Assembly (NCBI GenBank): GCA_963743305.1
Contig: CAVUPH010000024.1
Coordinates: forward strand, 56,603 to 120,602
Direction of reading: 5' to 3'
DNA: 64,000 nt
Source: an uncultured delta proteobacterium
GTDB taxonomy: Bacteria > Desulfobacterota > RBG-13-43-22
A program made the position numbers and the translations under genes. This document shows, piece by piece, positions 10,501-21,900 of the stretch. A model generated the notes under the pieces. The model ran no database searches, was not told the origin of the DNA, and saw nothing but the letters and a program-made list of their open reading frames with translations. The number at the start of each line of letters is the position of its first letter. Position 1 is the stretch's first letter.

Positions 10501-11508
10501 ATGTATATCCGCAAAGAACGCATCGATCGGGGTATCAAAGTCAGGACGGGGGATATTTTTGCCCTGTCCTCGGGCTGGGATCTGCTCTACCTGCTGGTCC
10601 CCCGGGTGTTGCCGCTTCTGATCGTCATCATCCTGAGCTTCACGCTCAGTCTGTACTGGCAGAAGGTCCTCATCTCCACGGCCGTTTTTGCCCTGCTGGC
10701 CATCAGTTGGGACTTCCTGGCTTCAGCCGGCATGGTCTCCCTGGGCCAGGCCTATTTTTTCGGCCTGGGGGCCTACCTGACCGGCATCCTGTCCCATTAT
10801 TTTCATTGGCCCATTTGGCTGACCATTCCGCTCGGCGCGGTTTTGGGAGGCCTGGTGGCGACCATCACCCTGCTCCCGGTATTGAGGCTGCGGGGGATCT
10901 ATTTTTCCATGATCACCCTGGTCCTGCCCTTGATGCTGGTCCGGGTCATCGAGGCCACCAAGATCTTCGGCGGCACGGAAGGAATCAGCGGATTGGCCCC
11001 CTACCCCAACCGCTGGGTGGAGCTCTATCTCAGCTTGACCGCCGTCTGGGTCTGTCTCTTCGGCCTCCGGCGGCTCCTGAATTCCGATTACGGCCTGACC
11101 CTGAAGGCCATCTGCGACAACGATCGCTCGGTGATGAGTTCCGGGATCAATATTTACTGGTACAAGGCCCAGGCCCTCTTCGTCGCCGGAGCGGTGGGCG
11201 CTTTCGCCGGGGCCTTCATGACCCACTCCTACATGTTCGTGGGCATGCCGGTCTTCGCCCTGGACTATTCGATCCTGCCCATCGCCGCGGCCGTGGTGGG
11301 GGGCACGGGCACCATGGCCGGACCGCTGCTGGGAGCCTTTATCCTGGTCCCGCTCTCCGAAGCCCTGCGCGGCCTGGGCGGCCTGCGCATCGTCATTTAT
11401 GCCCTCTCCTTGACCGTGTTTACCGTGGCCCTGCCGGAGGGGATCTTCCATTACATTCAGCGCAAGTATCAACAGTTCGAACGCCAGGTAAAGGTGGAAT
11501 CCGAATGA
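10501..11508 (+). CDS. Branched-chain amino acid ABC permease (LivM-like)
   Basis: GMVSLGQAYFFGLGAY, LRLRGIYFSMITL, VVGG, PEGI. Start at ATG 10501, after the repeat. Confidence 0.9.
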   Translation: MYIRKERIDRGIKVRTGDIFALSSGWDLLYLLVPRVLPLLIVIILSFTLSLYWQKVLISTAVFALLAISWDFLASAGMVSLGQAYFFGLGAYLTGILSHYFHWPIWLTIPLGAVLGGLVATITLLPVLRLRGIYFSMITLVLPLMLVRVIEATKIFGGTEGISGLAPYPNRWVELYLSLTAVWVCLFGLRRLLNSDYGLTLKAICDNDRSVMSSGINIYWYKAQALFVAGAVGAFAGAFMTHSYMFVGMPVFALDYSILPIAAAVVGGTGTMAGPLLGAFILVPLSEALRGLGGLRIVIYALSLTVFTVALPEGIFHYIQRKYQQFERQVKVESE

Positions 11509-12260
11509 GCGCCCCGATCCTGAACGTTTCCAACCTTTCCAAACGCTTCGGCGGAGTCCAGGCCGTGGAGTCCATCTCCTTTAAGGTGCAGCCCGGTGAA
11601 TTGATGGGCATCATCGGACCCAACGGATCGGGCAAGACCACCTTGGTCAACCTGATCACCGGCTTTATCCGTCCGGACAGCGGCTCGATCCATTATCGGG
11701 ATCGGGAGATTACCGGCTGGATGCCTTATCGAATCAGCCGGCAGGGATTGGCCCGAACCTTTCAGATGGTCCGCCCTTTTTACCACCTGCCGGCCTTCAA
11801 GAATATGGTCATTCCCCTTTCCTCGCCCCGGGTCAAGAAGTTGTCCGGGGGGCGCTACGGCGACCGGGACGCGGTGGCCAAGGACCTGCTGGAAGAAGTG
11901 GGTTTTGAACGGGATTCCTCGGTGATCAACAAGGTGGCCGGCGCCCTGCCCCACGGCTATCTCAAGCGTCTGGAGCTGGCCAAATGTCTGGCCCTGCGGC
12001 CCGAACTGATCATCCTGGACGAGCTCTTTTCCGGTCTGAGTCTGGCCGAGGTGGCCGGGATCCTGCCGATCATCGAAAAAATGAAATCCGAGGGCAAGAC
12101 CATCCTGATGATCGAACACCGCTTGCGGGAACTCTTCCGTATCGCCGATCGGGTGATTGTCCTCAATTTCGGGCAAAAAATCGCCGACGGCCGGCCGGAC
12201 CAGGTCATGCAGGGCGACGAAGTTAAAAAGGCCTACCTGGGGACCGAGGGGGAAGGGTAA
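11505..12260 (+). CDS. ABC ATP-binding protein (LivG-like)
   Basis: GPNGSGKTT, LARTFQ, ILDE, KAYLG. ATGA overlap with the permease stop. Confidence 0.92.
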   Translation: MSAPILNVSNLSKRFGGVQAVESISFKVQPGELMGIIGPNGSGKTTLVNLITGFIRPDSGSIHYRDREITGWMPYRISRQGLARTFQMVRPFYHLPAFKNMVIPLSSPRVKKLSGGRYGDRDAVAKDLLEEVGFERDSSVINKVAGALPHGYLKRLELAKCLALRPELIILDELFSGLSLAEVAGILPIIEKMKSEGKTILMIEHRLRELFRIADRVIVLNFGQKIADGRPDQVMQGDEVKKAYLGTEGEG

Positions 12261-12337
12261 CAAAATAGTACTTTAAATGAATTATTGATCAAATTCAATG
12301 ATTGAATATTCGAAATCTCGCAAAAAGTCCAATGACC

Positions 12338-12425
12338 TGTCATTGCAGAGTCGAAGCGAAGCAATCCCTGCCAGTAACAGCTGATTCTTGGGGATTGCTT
12401 CGTCACTTCAATTCTCGCAATGACA
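12338..12425. repeat. REP-like palindrome TGTCATTGC..GAAGCAATCCC / GGGATTGCTTCG..GCAATGACA
   Basis: Long inverted repeat in the spacer between the two ATPase genes; a half copy lies at 30647. Confidence 0.75.
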
Positions 12426-12503
12426 GCGTCTTGGTATTTGAATTTCGTGCATTGAATTTGTATTTTGAAGTTGTTTCGGAGCGTGAGGGGATGAACCTCT
12501 CCC

Positions 12504-13298
12504 ATGGTTCGAAAAACCAAACGTCAATTATCAAAGGATAAAACGAAGGTGCTGCTGGACGTCAAACATTTGATGATTTTTTATGAGAACGCTCTGGCCC
12601 TGAACGACTTCAGCCTCCAGGTGGATGCCGGGGAGATTGTGGCCGTCATCGGCTCCAACAGCGCCGGGAAAACCACCCTGATGAATGCCATCTCCGGTTT
12701 GATCCTGGACATTCAGGTCAAGGAAAAGCGTAAGGGCGGAGAACGCATTACCCTACTGGGGGAAGTCTGGTTCAATCGGGAGGACCTTAGCCGGGTGAGC
12801 CCGGACAACCGGGTTAAAAAGGGGATCGTCCTCTGCCGGGAACGGCATCCCATTTTTCCCGAAAGCGATGTGCTGGAAAACCTCCACATTGCGGGCTATT
12901 TGCGCAGCCGGAAAGAAATCAAAGAAACGGTGGACCTGGTTTTCACCCTATTTTCCAATCTGGCCGGTCACAAAAACCAGAAGGCCGGCTTTCTGAGTGG
13001 CGGGGAACAGCAGATGCTGACCATCGGCATGGCCCTGGTGGTCCGTCCCAGCCTGCTCCTCCTGGACGAACCCCTGCTGGGTCTGAGCCCGGCCATGCAG
13101 ACCAAACTGCTCTCGGCCATCAAGACCATCCGGCAGGAAACCCGGGTAACGATTCTGATCAGCGAACAGTTCGCCCGGCCGATCCTGCCCATGATCGACC
13201 GGGGCTACGTGATCGAAAACGGCATGCTGACCCTATCCGGCACCAGCCGGGAACTCATGGAGAACCCGGAGGTAGTCTCGGCGTACTTCGGCGTTTAG
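12504..13298 (+). CDS. ABC ATP-binding protein (LivF-like)
   Basis: GSNSAGKTT, LSGGEQQML, LLDEP, AYFG. Confidence 0.92.
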   Translation: MVRKTKRQLSKDKTKVLLDVKHLMIFYENALALNDFSLQVDAGEIVAVIGSNSAGKTTLMNAISGLILDIQVKEKRKGGERITLLGEVWFNREDLSRVSPDNRVKKGIVLCRERHPIFPESDVLENLHIAGYLRSRKEIKETVDLVFTLFSNLAGHKNQKAGFLSGGEQQMLTIGMALVVRPSLLLLDEPLLGLSPAMQTKLLSAIKTIRQETRVTILISEQFARPILPMIDRGYVIENGMLTLSGTSRELMENPEVVSAYFGV

Positions 13299-13326
13299 AA
13301 CAATTCACCGCAGAGATGCAAAATAT

Positions 13327-13438
13327 GGGAATGATGGAATAGTGGAATCATGGAACTATGGGGCCGAAAGGCCTGAAGAGTGCAGAAAGTTTTTTTCCAT
13401 CACTCCATCATTCCATTATTCCACTATTCCACTATTCC
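13327..13438. repeat. Inverted octamer-array palindrome, copy 3
   Basis: gggaatgatggaatagtggaatcatggaac ... ccatcactccatcattccattattccactattccactattccc. Confidence 0.8.
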
Positions 13439-13467
13439 CAAGAGTAATTTAGGCGACGGTTAAAATA

Positions 13468-15141
13468 ATGCCTTCTGAACTTCCACATATCTGCCGGGCT
13501 TTCCAGGAACAGGCGGAGAAGACCCCCCGGAAAGCGGCCCTCGTCTACCTCGGCACTTCCTATTCCTACGCCAGACTTTTGAAGTCCGTGCGGGCTTTGG
13601 CCGCCAGTCTCCAGGCCTTGGGCCTGAAAGAAGGGGACAAGGTCGTTCTCTACCTGCCCAATTCCGTCCAGTGGGTCCTGGCCTGGCTGGCTGTTCAATG
13701 GATCGGCGGGGTGGCCGTGCCCATTACCCCCATCTACACGGCCCGCGACTTGAACTACATCGCGGGCGACACCGGCGCCGTGGCCGTATTCTGCTCCGAT
13801 CGAAACTTCGGCTATGTGCAACAGGTCCTGGATTCCACTCCGCTCAAAACCATCGTCGTCACCAACCTGGCCGACTTACTCCCCTGGTGGAAGCGGTTTC
13901 TGGGTTGGACCTTCGACATCATCCCCAAAGGGAGCGTGGCCAAAAGACCGGAGGTGCACCCCTTTCGCAGTCTCCTTTCCGGTCCGGCCGCTTCGATCCC
14001 GGAGATCCGAGGAGGCGGCGAAGGGATAGCCGAAATCCTCTACACCGGCGGCACCACCAAACACCCCAAGGGGGTGCCCATCAGCCACCGGCTCTACCTG
14101 GGCTGCGCCCAAGAACAGATCGGCGTCAGCGAACCCCTCTTTCCCTTGACCGAGAACGTGATCGCCGGCGGGGCCCCGCTGTTCCACGTCCTCGGACAGA
14201 CCTGCAGTCTGGGAACGATTTTCTTCGGGGGCACCCTGCTGGTCTTCCCCAAGGTGCAGTTGGACGCCCTGATGCACGCCATCCAGCGTTTCCGGGCCAA
14301 GACGCTGATCGGGGTGCCGGCCCTTTACCGGATGATCCTGGAACACGATCGACTGGATCTCTACGACCTCGGTTCCCTTCAATATTGCTTCAACGGCGGG
14401 GATGTGCTCCCTCTGGAAATTGAAAAAAGGTGGCAGGATAAGTTCCAAAAGCCTATCTTCCAAGGGTACGGCGCTACCGAAACCTGCGGCGGAGTGACCA
14501 TGGTGCCGACCGATCGTCCCACTCCGCCCCGGAGTATGGGCCGGGTCCTGGACAGTAAATCCGTTCGGATTATCGACGCCACTACCCGGGAGATCGTACC
14601 CCGGGGAGAACCCGGAGAGTTGATCGTCTCCTCTCAACCCATGGTCGAAGCCTATTGGAATAAGCCGGAAGAGACGGCCGAAGCCTTCGTCATCCTGGAG
14701 GGTAAGCGCTGGTACCGGACCAGCGATATCGTCTCCGAGGACGAAGAGGGGTACTTCTATTTTGTCGATCGCACCGTGGATACCATCAAACACAAAGGCT
14801 ACCGGGTTTCGGCTTCGGAGATCGAGGCCGTGCTTCAGGAGCATCCGGCGGTCATCGAATCCTGCGTGGTGGGCATCCCCGACGAGAAAGTGGGCCAGCG
14901 GATCAAGGCCTTTGTGGTCTTAAAAAAAGATATCAAGGGCGTCACCGGCTACGACCTGATCAAGTGGGCCCGGGAACGCCTGGTCTCTTACAAGCTCCCC
15001 CAATACATCGAGTTCCGGGACATGCTGCCCAAGTCCAAGGTGGGCAAGCTCCTGCGCCGGGAAATCCGCGGGGAGGAAGGCCGACGGCAGGAAAAGGATG
15101 AAAAGAGCGACGCCGTGATGAAGGACAGCGGAATGGGTTAG
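13468..15141 (+). CDS. AMP-forming acyl-CoA ligase (long-chain fatty acid-CoA ligase family)
   Basis: YTGGTTKHPKG, QGYGATE, WYRTSD, LPKSKVGKLLR. Confidence 0.92.
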   Translation: MPSELPHICRAFQEQAEKTPRKAALVYLGTSYSYARLLKSVRALAASLQALGLKEGDKVVLYLPNSVQWVLAWLAVQWIGGVAVPITPIYTARDLNYIAGDTGAVAVFCSDRNFGYVQQVLDSTPLKTIVVTNLADLLPWWKRFLGWTFDIIPKGSVAKRPEVHPFRSLLSGPAASIPEIRGGGEGIAEILYTGGTTKHPKGVPISHRLYLGCAQEQIGVSEPLFPLTENVIAGGAPLFHVLGQTCSLGTIFFGGTLLVFPKVQLDALMHAIQRFRAKTLIGVPALYRMILEHDRLDLYDLGSLQYCFNGGDVLPLEIEKRWQDKFQKPIFQGYGATETCGGVTMVPTDRPTPPRSMGRVLDSKSVRIIDATTREIVPRGEPGELIVSSQPMVEAYWNKPEETAEAFVILEGKRWYRTSDIVSEDEEGYFYFVDRTVDTIKHKGYRVSASEIEAVLQEHPAVIESCVVGIPDEKVGQRIKAFVVLKKDIKGVTGYDLIKWARERLVSYKLPQYIEFRDMLPKSKVGKLLRREIRGEEGRRQEKDEKSDAVMKDSGMG

Positions 15142-15574
15142 GGTAATGAGGGTTTATCACATCCCGGAGTTGATTGCTGCGAATCTAAACCGCATCCTGG
15201 ACGATCTCACGGTCCTCCTGACCCTGATGCAGGTAATCAACCGTCGTCGCCTGAGCTGCACTACCCATCATCACTGACGATCTTTCTCCTAAAAAATAGT
15301 ACGGGCCTTTCAGAATTTCCACTCATAAATTTCTTATTTAATTATTTCAACGTGTTGCTTCATCAACCCGGGGATTTAAGAAAATTTTCCGGTTACTCTC
15401 TGGTTACCTCCCCCGGGGTATATTCCCTCTTGTATCCTCCTCATTCCGATAGGGATTCCGCTTTTCGCGCCTCCTGAGCGGAGTCCCATCGGGTGCGGAG
15501 CTTTGCTCTTGGCTGGAGAGGCTTTTTTTGCGCCCTTCGCGCCGTGGCTACGAATAACCCTGGAGGGAAAACCC

Positions 15575-15874
15575 GTGCATCCCGAAGATGACCAGCGCCT
15601 TACCCCCCGTAATATCTTTGATCAACCCATCCAGTTAGAGCGGAGTCGGTTTTTTATCGAACAAGACACCCAGGTTTTCGAAATCGGCCAGACCATCGAT
15701 ATCAGCCTCCAGGGGATCGGGATCAAAACAGAAGCCCCATTACATCCCAAGGAAATGGTCCGAGTCTATCTCCCGGTCCAGGCCATGGGCATCCCCCTGC
15801 CAGTCTTTTCGGAGGTCAAATGGGTAAGATTTGATAACCATTTCTACCGAACCGGGCTACAATTTGTGCGCTAA
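15575..15874 (+). CDS. Stand-alone PilZ domain protein
   Basis: RxxxR (RLTPR) and DxSxxG (DISLQG) c-di-GMP motifs, C-terminal GLQF. GTG start at 15575 with upstream GGAGG. Confidence 0.8.
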   Translation: MHPEDDQRLTPRNIFDQPIQLERSRFFIEQDTQVFEIGQTIDISLQGIGIKTEAPLHPKEMVRVYLPVQAMGIPLPVFSEVKWVRFDNHFYRTGLQFVR

Positions 15875-15988
15875 CTTTTTGGATCGTTTGATATTTATTT
15901 CTATATTCTCAATTAAACGTTTCTGTTTTTTTTAGGCGGTCTACCAGCGCGGATAATTCTTCGCGAGGAAAAATTGGAGAACTTTGAT

Positions 15989-18900
15989 ATGGGCAATTCC
16001 CATTCGACCGGTTGCCGGATTAGATCTTTTAGTTATATTCTCCTTTTCACACTGAATTCCTTTTTACTTTCCGCCCTTATCCCTTCAACTGTTCAAGGAG
16101 AATTTTCCTGGACCCAGGTAGTTACCGGCCTCAACCATACGGTGGCCCTCAGAGCCGACGGGACTCTTTGGGCCTGGGGAGGAAACAATTATGGGCAATT
16201 GGGAGACGGAAGCACTTCCAATTCTTCTATACCTCTTCAAATTGGAAACGATACTTGGCAAGCTATTGCCGCCGGGGACTACCATACCTTAGCCATTCGT
16301 TCTGACGGGACCCTTTGGGCCTGGGGGTGGAATTATTATGGACAATTAGGGACAGGAAATAAAAACGATTCATCCCTACCGGTTCAAATCGGGACGGACA
16401 GCGAATGGATAGCTGTAGCCGCCGGATACGGCCATTCGCTGGCCATCAAAACGATATTCGGTGGAGAAGGAAGCGGCGTCTTTACTTGGGGGAGTAATAG
16501 TGACGGGGAACTGGGAACAGCCGGTGTGACGGAGCGGTTATCCCCCGGATTGATTGACAACAGCTTTTTCGGTGGTTCCTCGGCTATCAAACAGATTGCC
16601 GCCAACTGGACTTCCAGCTTTGCCATCGATCAATTTTCAAACTCGCTTTGGGCCTGGGGCTCCAACGTCTCCGGGCAATTAGGTCTGGGGGATACCGCGC
16701 CCAGGACCTCCCCCACCCTGGTCCCTTGGCCTTCGCCCGCCCATCCCTCCTGCTCAACCGGCTATAGCGGCTGGAACTCGGTGACTGCCGGTTACGGGAA
16801 TACCCTCGGCTTGGTCAACTGCTCTGAAGGCAAATATGCCTATGGCTGGGGTGACAATACTGGGGGACAAGCCGGAGACGGCACATCAGGGACTAACCGA
16901 TTAAGCCCCGTCCCTTTAACGGAGACGACTTTCCATATTTATGATGCCCTGGAAATGGCTGCCGGACAGGGCCATGCCCACGCTATCATCGGTCCCGGGG
17001 ATAACCCGAAAGTCTATTCCTGGGGGATGAATGCCTTCGGCGAACTGGGGTCCGGTTCCACCACTGCGGGCCCCAATCCCGTTCCCCTCCAAACAGTTCT
17101 TCCTTCATCAGGGGCCGGGAATTGGACCAGAATTGCCTCTTATGGGAACCATGCGTTTGCCTTAAGCGACTACGGTCAGCTCTGGGGATGGGGACCTAAC
17201 CAACAAGGAAACCTGGGAATCGGTGACTTCACCAGCCCGCAACCTACGCCGCAACAGGTCTGTTCCTTTGAAGTACAATCATCGCTCATCCAGATCGGGG
17301 CCGCGGGATGCGTTTCCTGCAGCCTGATGTTGTCCGAATTCAGCTCCAATAATTGCCCCTGGACCGCCACTACCGGGGAAACCTGGATCTCTCAAATCAG
17401 CTCTTCATCCGGATCGCCTGAAACCGGATCGACTATCGAGGTTTATTTTGATGCGGATCCTAATCCCGGTCCCGGGGCCAGGACCGGCCTGATCCGGATT
17501 GCCGGTATTAATCTGCTGGTGGAGCAGGAGGCCCCCGGCTTATTACCCCAAAAAATATCAATCGCCCCGGCCTCGCCCTTCGATTTTTCCAGTGTGGCGG
17601 TGGGTAACTCGGCGAGCCAAATCTTTAACCTCTCGAATTCAGGAGCGGTCGACCTCCTGGTAGATAGTATCGGCCTCAGCGGCGCAGCCGACTACAGCCT
17701 AAATCTGAACGGGGGGGGTACTCCCTGCGGCAGTTCCTTTCCCAGGACTTTGACTTCGGGCGCAAGCTGCACAGTGGCCGTGACCTTCCAGCCTTCCTCT
17801 CTCGGTTCAAAAACCGCGACCCTTTCGGTGCGTTCGAACGATCCCGTAATCTCGACGGCCACGGTGGCCCTCAGCGGCACCGGCACTAACGGCGCCTGTA
17901 ACTGGCTGGCAGCGGTTAACGGCAACTGGAGCGAGGCGACCAAATGGTCCTGCGGCCATGCGCCGGGGACCAATGATGAGGCGATCATAACCCTTGCCGG
18001 AACCTATACGGTGACTGTTAACGCCAACACAACCGTCAGTAGTCTTACCCTTGGCGGGTCCAGCGGGACCCAGAGCCTCACAGTTTCAGGACCTCTTACC
18101 CTGAACAATGCCAGCACCGTCGGGACCTACGGTGCACTCAATTTGAGTGGCGGCACCCTTGCGGGGAGTGGTACTCTCTCAGTCAGCGGAACGATGAACT
18201 GGACAGGGTATGGCGGCACCATGAGCGGGCCCGGGACGACGAACATTGCTGCGGGGGGGGCCTTCAACATCGATAACGGCGGTTACCCCACCACCAGAAA
18301 GAATCTCACTTCACGGACGCTGAATATCGCCGGAACGGCGACCATTATCAACAATACGGACATGAATCTCAGCAATGCAACCATCAACAACCAAACGGGG
18401 GCGTTGTTTAGCTTCCCGAGCGACAGTGCTTTGATCAACACCAGCGGAACCAATGCCTTTAACAATGCGGGGACGGTGACCAAGAGCGCGGGGACCGGAG
18501 CATCCACCATTTCCGTGCCGTTCACCAATACCGGCACGGTGAATGCCAATAGCGGAACCTTGAGTCTCGCCCTGGCCGGTGGTGGGACGAGCATTGGATC
18601 ATTCAGCGTCGTCTCCGGGGCAACGCTTCAGTTGGCACCGAGCGGCACCCACACTCTGGGTACGGGATTGAGCCTTACGGGAGCCGGGACGATGGATTTC
18701 TATTCCGGTACGGTGACCGTCAACTGCGCCTACAATGTGACCGGCACCACCAAGGTGAGCGGCGGGACCACGACCTTCGGCAGCGGAGCCGCAGTGAGCA
18801 CTGTCGGGAGCACACTCTGGGTTAATGGTGGCACGGCAAATTTCAACAACACGCAGGCCTGGACAGATCCCACCACTTTGACGATCGACGGCAGTAGTAC

Positions 18901-21900
18901 GGCCAACTTCCACAGGGGACAGGCTCTCAACATTCCCACAGTGAATGTATTTCAAGGCACCTTGGGGGGAACCGACACCCTCAATGTAAGCGGCACCCTG
19001 ACCTGGGGGAGGACTAATGCGGCCGGCGGGACCATGAGCGGGCCGGGGACAACGAACATCGCTGCGGGCGCGGTTTTCAAGATCGATAACGGCGGTTACC
19101 CCACCACCAGAAAGAATCTCACTGATAGGACCCTGAACATCGCTGGAACGACGATCTTTAGCAACAATACTGGCATCAATCTCGACAATGCAATCATCAA
19201 CAACCAAACGGGGGCGTTGTTTAGCTTTTCGAGCGACAGTATTTTGTACAACTACAGCGGAACCAATGCCTTTAACAATGCCGGGACGGTAACCAAGAAC
19301 GCGGGGACCGGAGCATCCACCATTTCCGTACCGTTCACCAACACGGGCACGGTGAATGCCAACAGCGGGACACTAAGTCTCGCCCTAGCGAGTGGAGGCA
19401 CTAGCAGTGGAGCTTTCAGCGTCGCCTCTGGGGCAACGCTTCAGTTGGCAGCGAACGGCACCCACACTCTGGATACGGGATTGAGTATAACGGGAGCCGG
19501 GACGGTGGATTTCTATTCCGGTACGGTGACCGTCAACTGCGCCTACAATGTGACCGGCACCACCAAGTTCAGCGGCGGGACCACGACCTTCGGCAGCGGA
19601 GCCGCAGTGAGCACTGTCGGGAGCACACTCTGGGTTAATGGTGGCACGGCAAATTTCAACAACACGCAGGCCTGGACAGATCCCACCACTTTGACGATCG
19701 ACGGCAGTAGTACGGCCAACTTCCACAGGGGACAGGCTCTCAACATTCCCACCGTGAATGTATTTCAAGGCACCTTGGGGGGAACCGACACCCTCAATGT
19801 AAGCGGCACCCTGACCTGGGGGAGGACTAATGCAGCCGGCGGGACCATGAGCGGGCCGGGGACAACGAACATCGCTGCGGGCGCGGTTTTCAAGATCGAT
19901 AACGGCGGTTACATCGCCACCAGAAAGGACCTCACTGATAGGACCCTGAACATCGCAGGAACGACGACCTTTATCAACGGTACTCCCATTAATCTCAGGA
20001 ATTCAACCATCAACAACCAAACGGGGGCGTTGTTCAGCTTCCCGAACGACGGTGCTTATTTGTACGACTACAGCGGAACCAATGCCTTTAACAATGCCGG
20101 GACGGTAACCAAGAGCGCGGGGACCGGAGCAACCACCATTGCCGTACCCTTCACCAATACCGGCACGGTGAATGCCAATAGCGGGACGCTTTCGTTCACT
20201 AACAACTTCACGAATTCAGCCTCCGGCGAGGTCCAGGGAACAGGCACACTCAGCTTCACCGGGACAACCTTTACCAACACCGGCGCCATCAATCCCGCCA
20301 CCTCAGGTACTCCCGGCAAACTTACCATCAGCGGTACGCTTCGACAAACCAGCGTGGTCAACGCCGACATCGGCGGCACTACTGCCGGCACTCAATATGA
20401 TCAGCTCGCGGTAAGCGGGGCCGCCACTCTGGGAGGAACACTCCACGTTAACCTGATCAACGGCTTCACTCCGTCTGCAGGAAACTCTTTCAAGATCCTG
20501 ACGTACGGATCAAAGGCCGGGAGCTTTGGCGTGGTGAACTTACCCACTTTAACGGGCAATTCCTGGAATACGACTTATAATGCGGGATCGTTAGACCTTT
20601 CGGTTTCACAATCGACCTATACTTTGACCTACGCGGCCGGGCCCAACGGAACCATTTCGGGCACCAGTCCACAGACAATCAGCTATGGCGGCAGCGGCAC
20701 GGCGGTGACGGCGGTTCCCAATACCGGCTACCACTTCGTAAGCTGGAGTGACGGTCTGCCGGCGGCTACCCGGACCGACACCAACGTAACCGCCAATATC
20801 TCGGTCACCGCTAATTTTGCCATCAATACTTATACCATCACTGCCTCGGCCGGACCCGGCGGGTCGATTCTCCCTTCCGGATCGATCCCGGTTAATCACG
20901 GATCGGATCAGACTTTCACGATCACTCCTGATGCGGGATATGACATCGTGGATGTCCGGGTGGACAACGTATCGCAGGGGCTGATTGCGAGCTATACGTT
21001 TACGGGTGTTACTGCCAATCAGACGATAGAGGCGATCTTTTCGGCTTCACCGAAGGTTTTATCGGCAGTGACCAACGCGGCCGGTAACATCATAACTATT
21101 TCATTCGACAAAGTGATGGCTGATCCCTCCAGCAAACAGGCACAGTTCAGCGTAACGGCTAACGGCTCGGTGTTGACCACAGCATCAGTTGCGCTCAAAA
21201 CGGATCAGACCAAATTCGACCTGAGGCTGCAGGCACCGGTAACATTCGGCCAGTTCGTACGAATCACTTATTCGGCGGGAGACGTGCATTCAGCGGATGG
21301 CGGAGTACTGGCGAGCTTTACGAATCTGGCCGTAGCGAATGCCGCCCATCTTCCGGCAGGCATGATCTCCAACCAGGATGGGTTAGGTTTCAGTGGGTCC
21401 ATGGCGGCGAATCCTCTGGGCGCTAATATTACCATGACGGGTTATAACGGCTGGCCGGCCGGGATAACTAACATCAGGAATTACGCTTTTCAAGGAGGGG
21501 TTTTTGATGGCCAGAACCTCTGGCTGATGCCGCTGAATGCCGACAGAACCGTAAAGATAGACAAGACCAGCGGGGCCATGATCGGATACGACTCCTGGCC
21601 TGCCGGATTTACAAAAGGACTTTGGGCTTTCAATTCCGGAGCCTTCGATGGCCAGAACATCTGGATGATCCCCTATAATGCCGACCATGTCGTCAGGGTA
21701 GACAAAGACACCGGCGCCATGACGGGCTACGCTTCCTGGCCGGCGGGGATCGCCAACATCGGCAATGGGGCCTTCGCCGGTGGGGTTTTTGACAGCCGGC
21801 ACTTATGGATGGCCCCATACAATGCGGACCGGGTGGTAAAAATAGACAAAGACTCCGGCGTCATGACCGGTTATAACGAATGGCCCGCAGGGTTTACCAA

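Noticed and set aside
10389-11504. Long N-terminal extension of the 623-aa ABC ATPase ORF
   Set aside because: Alternative frame over the permease gene; the real start is 11505.
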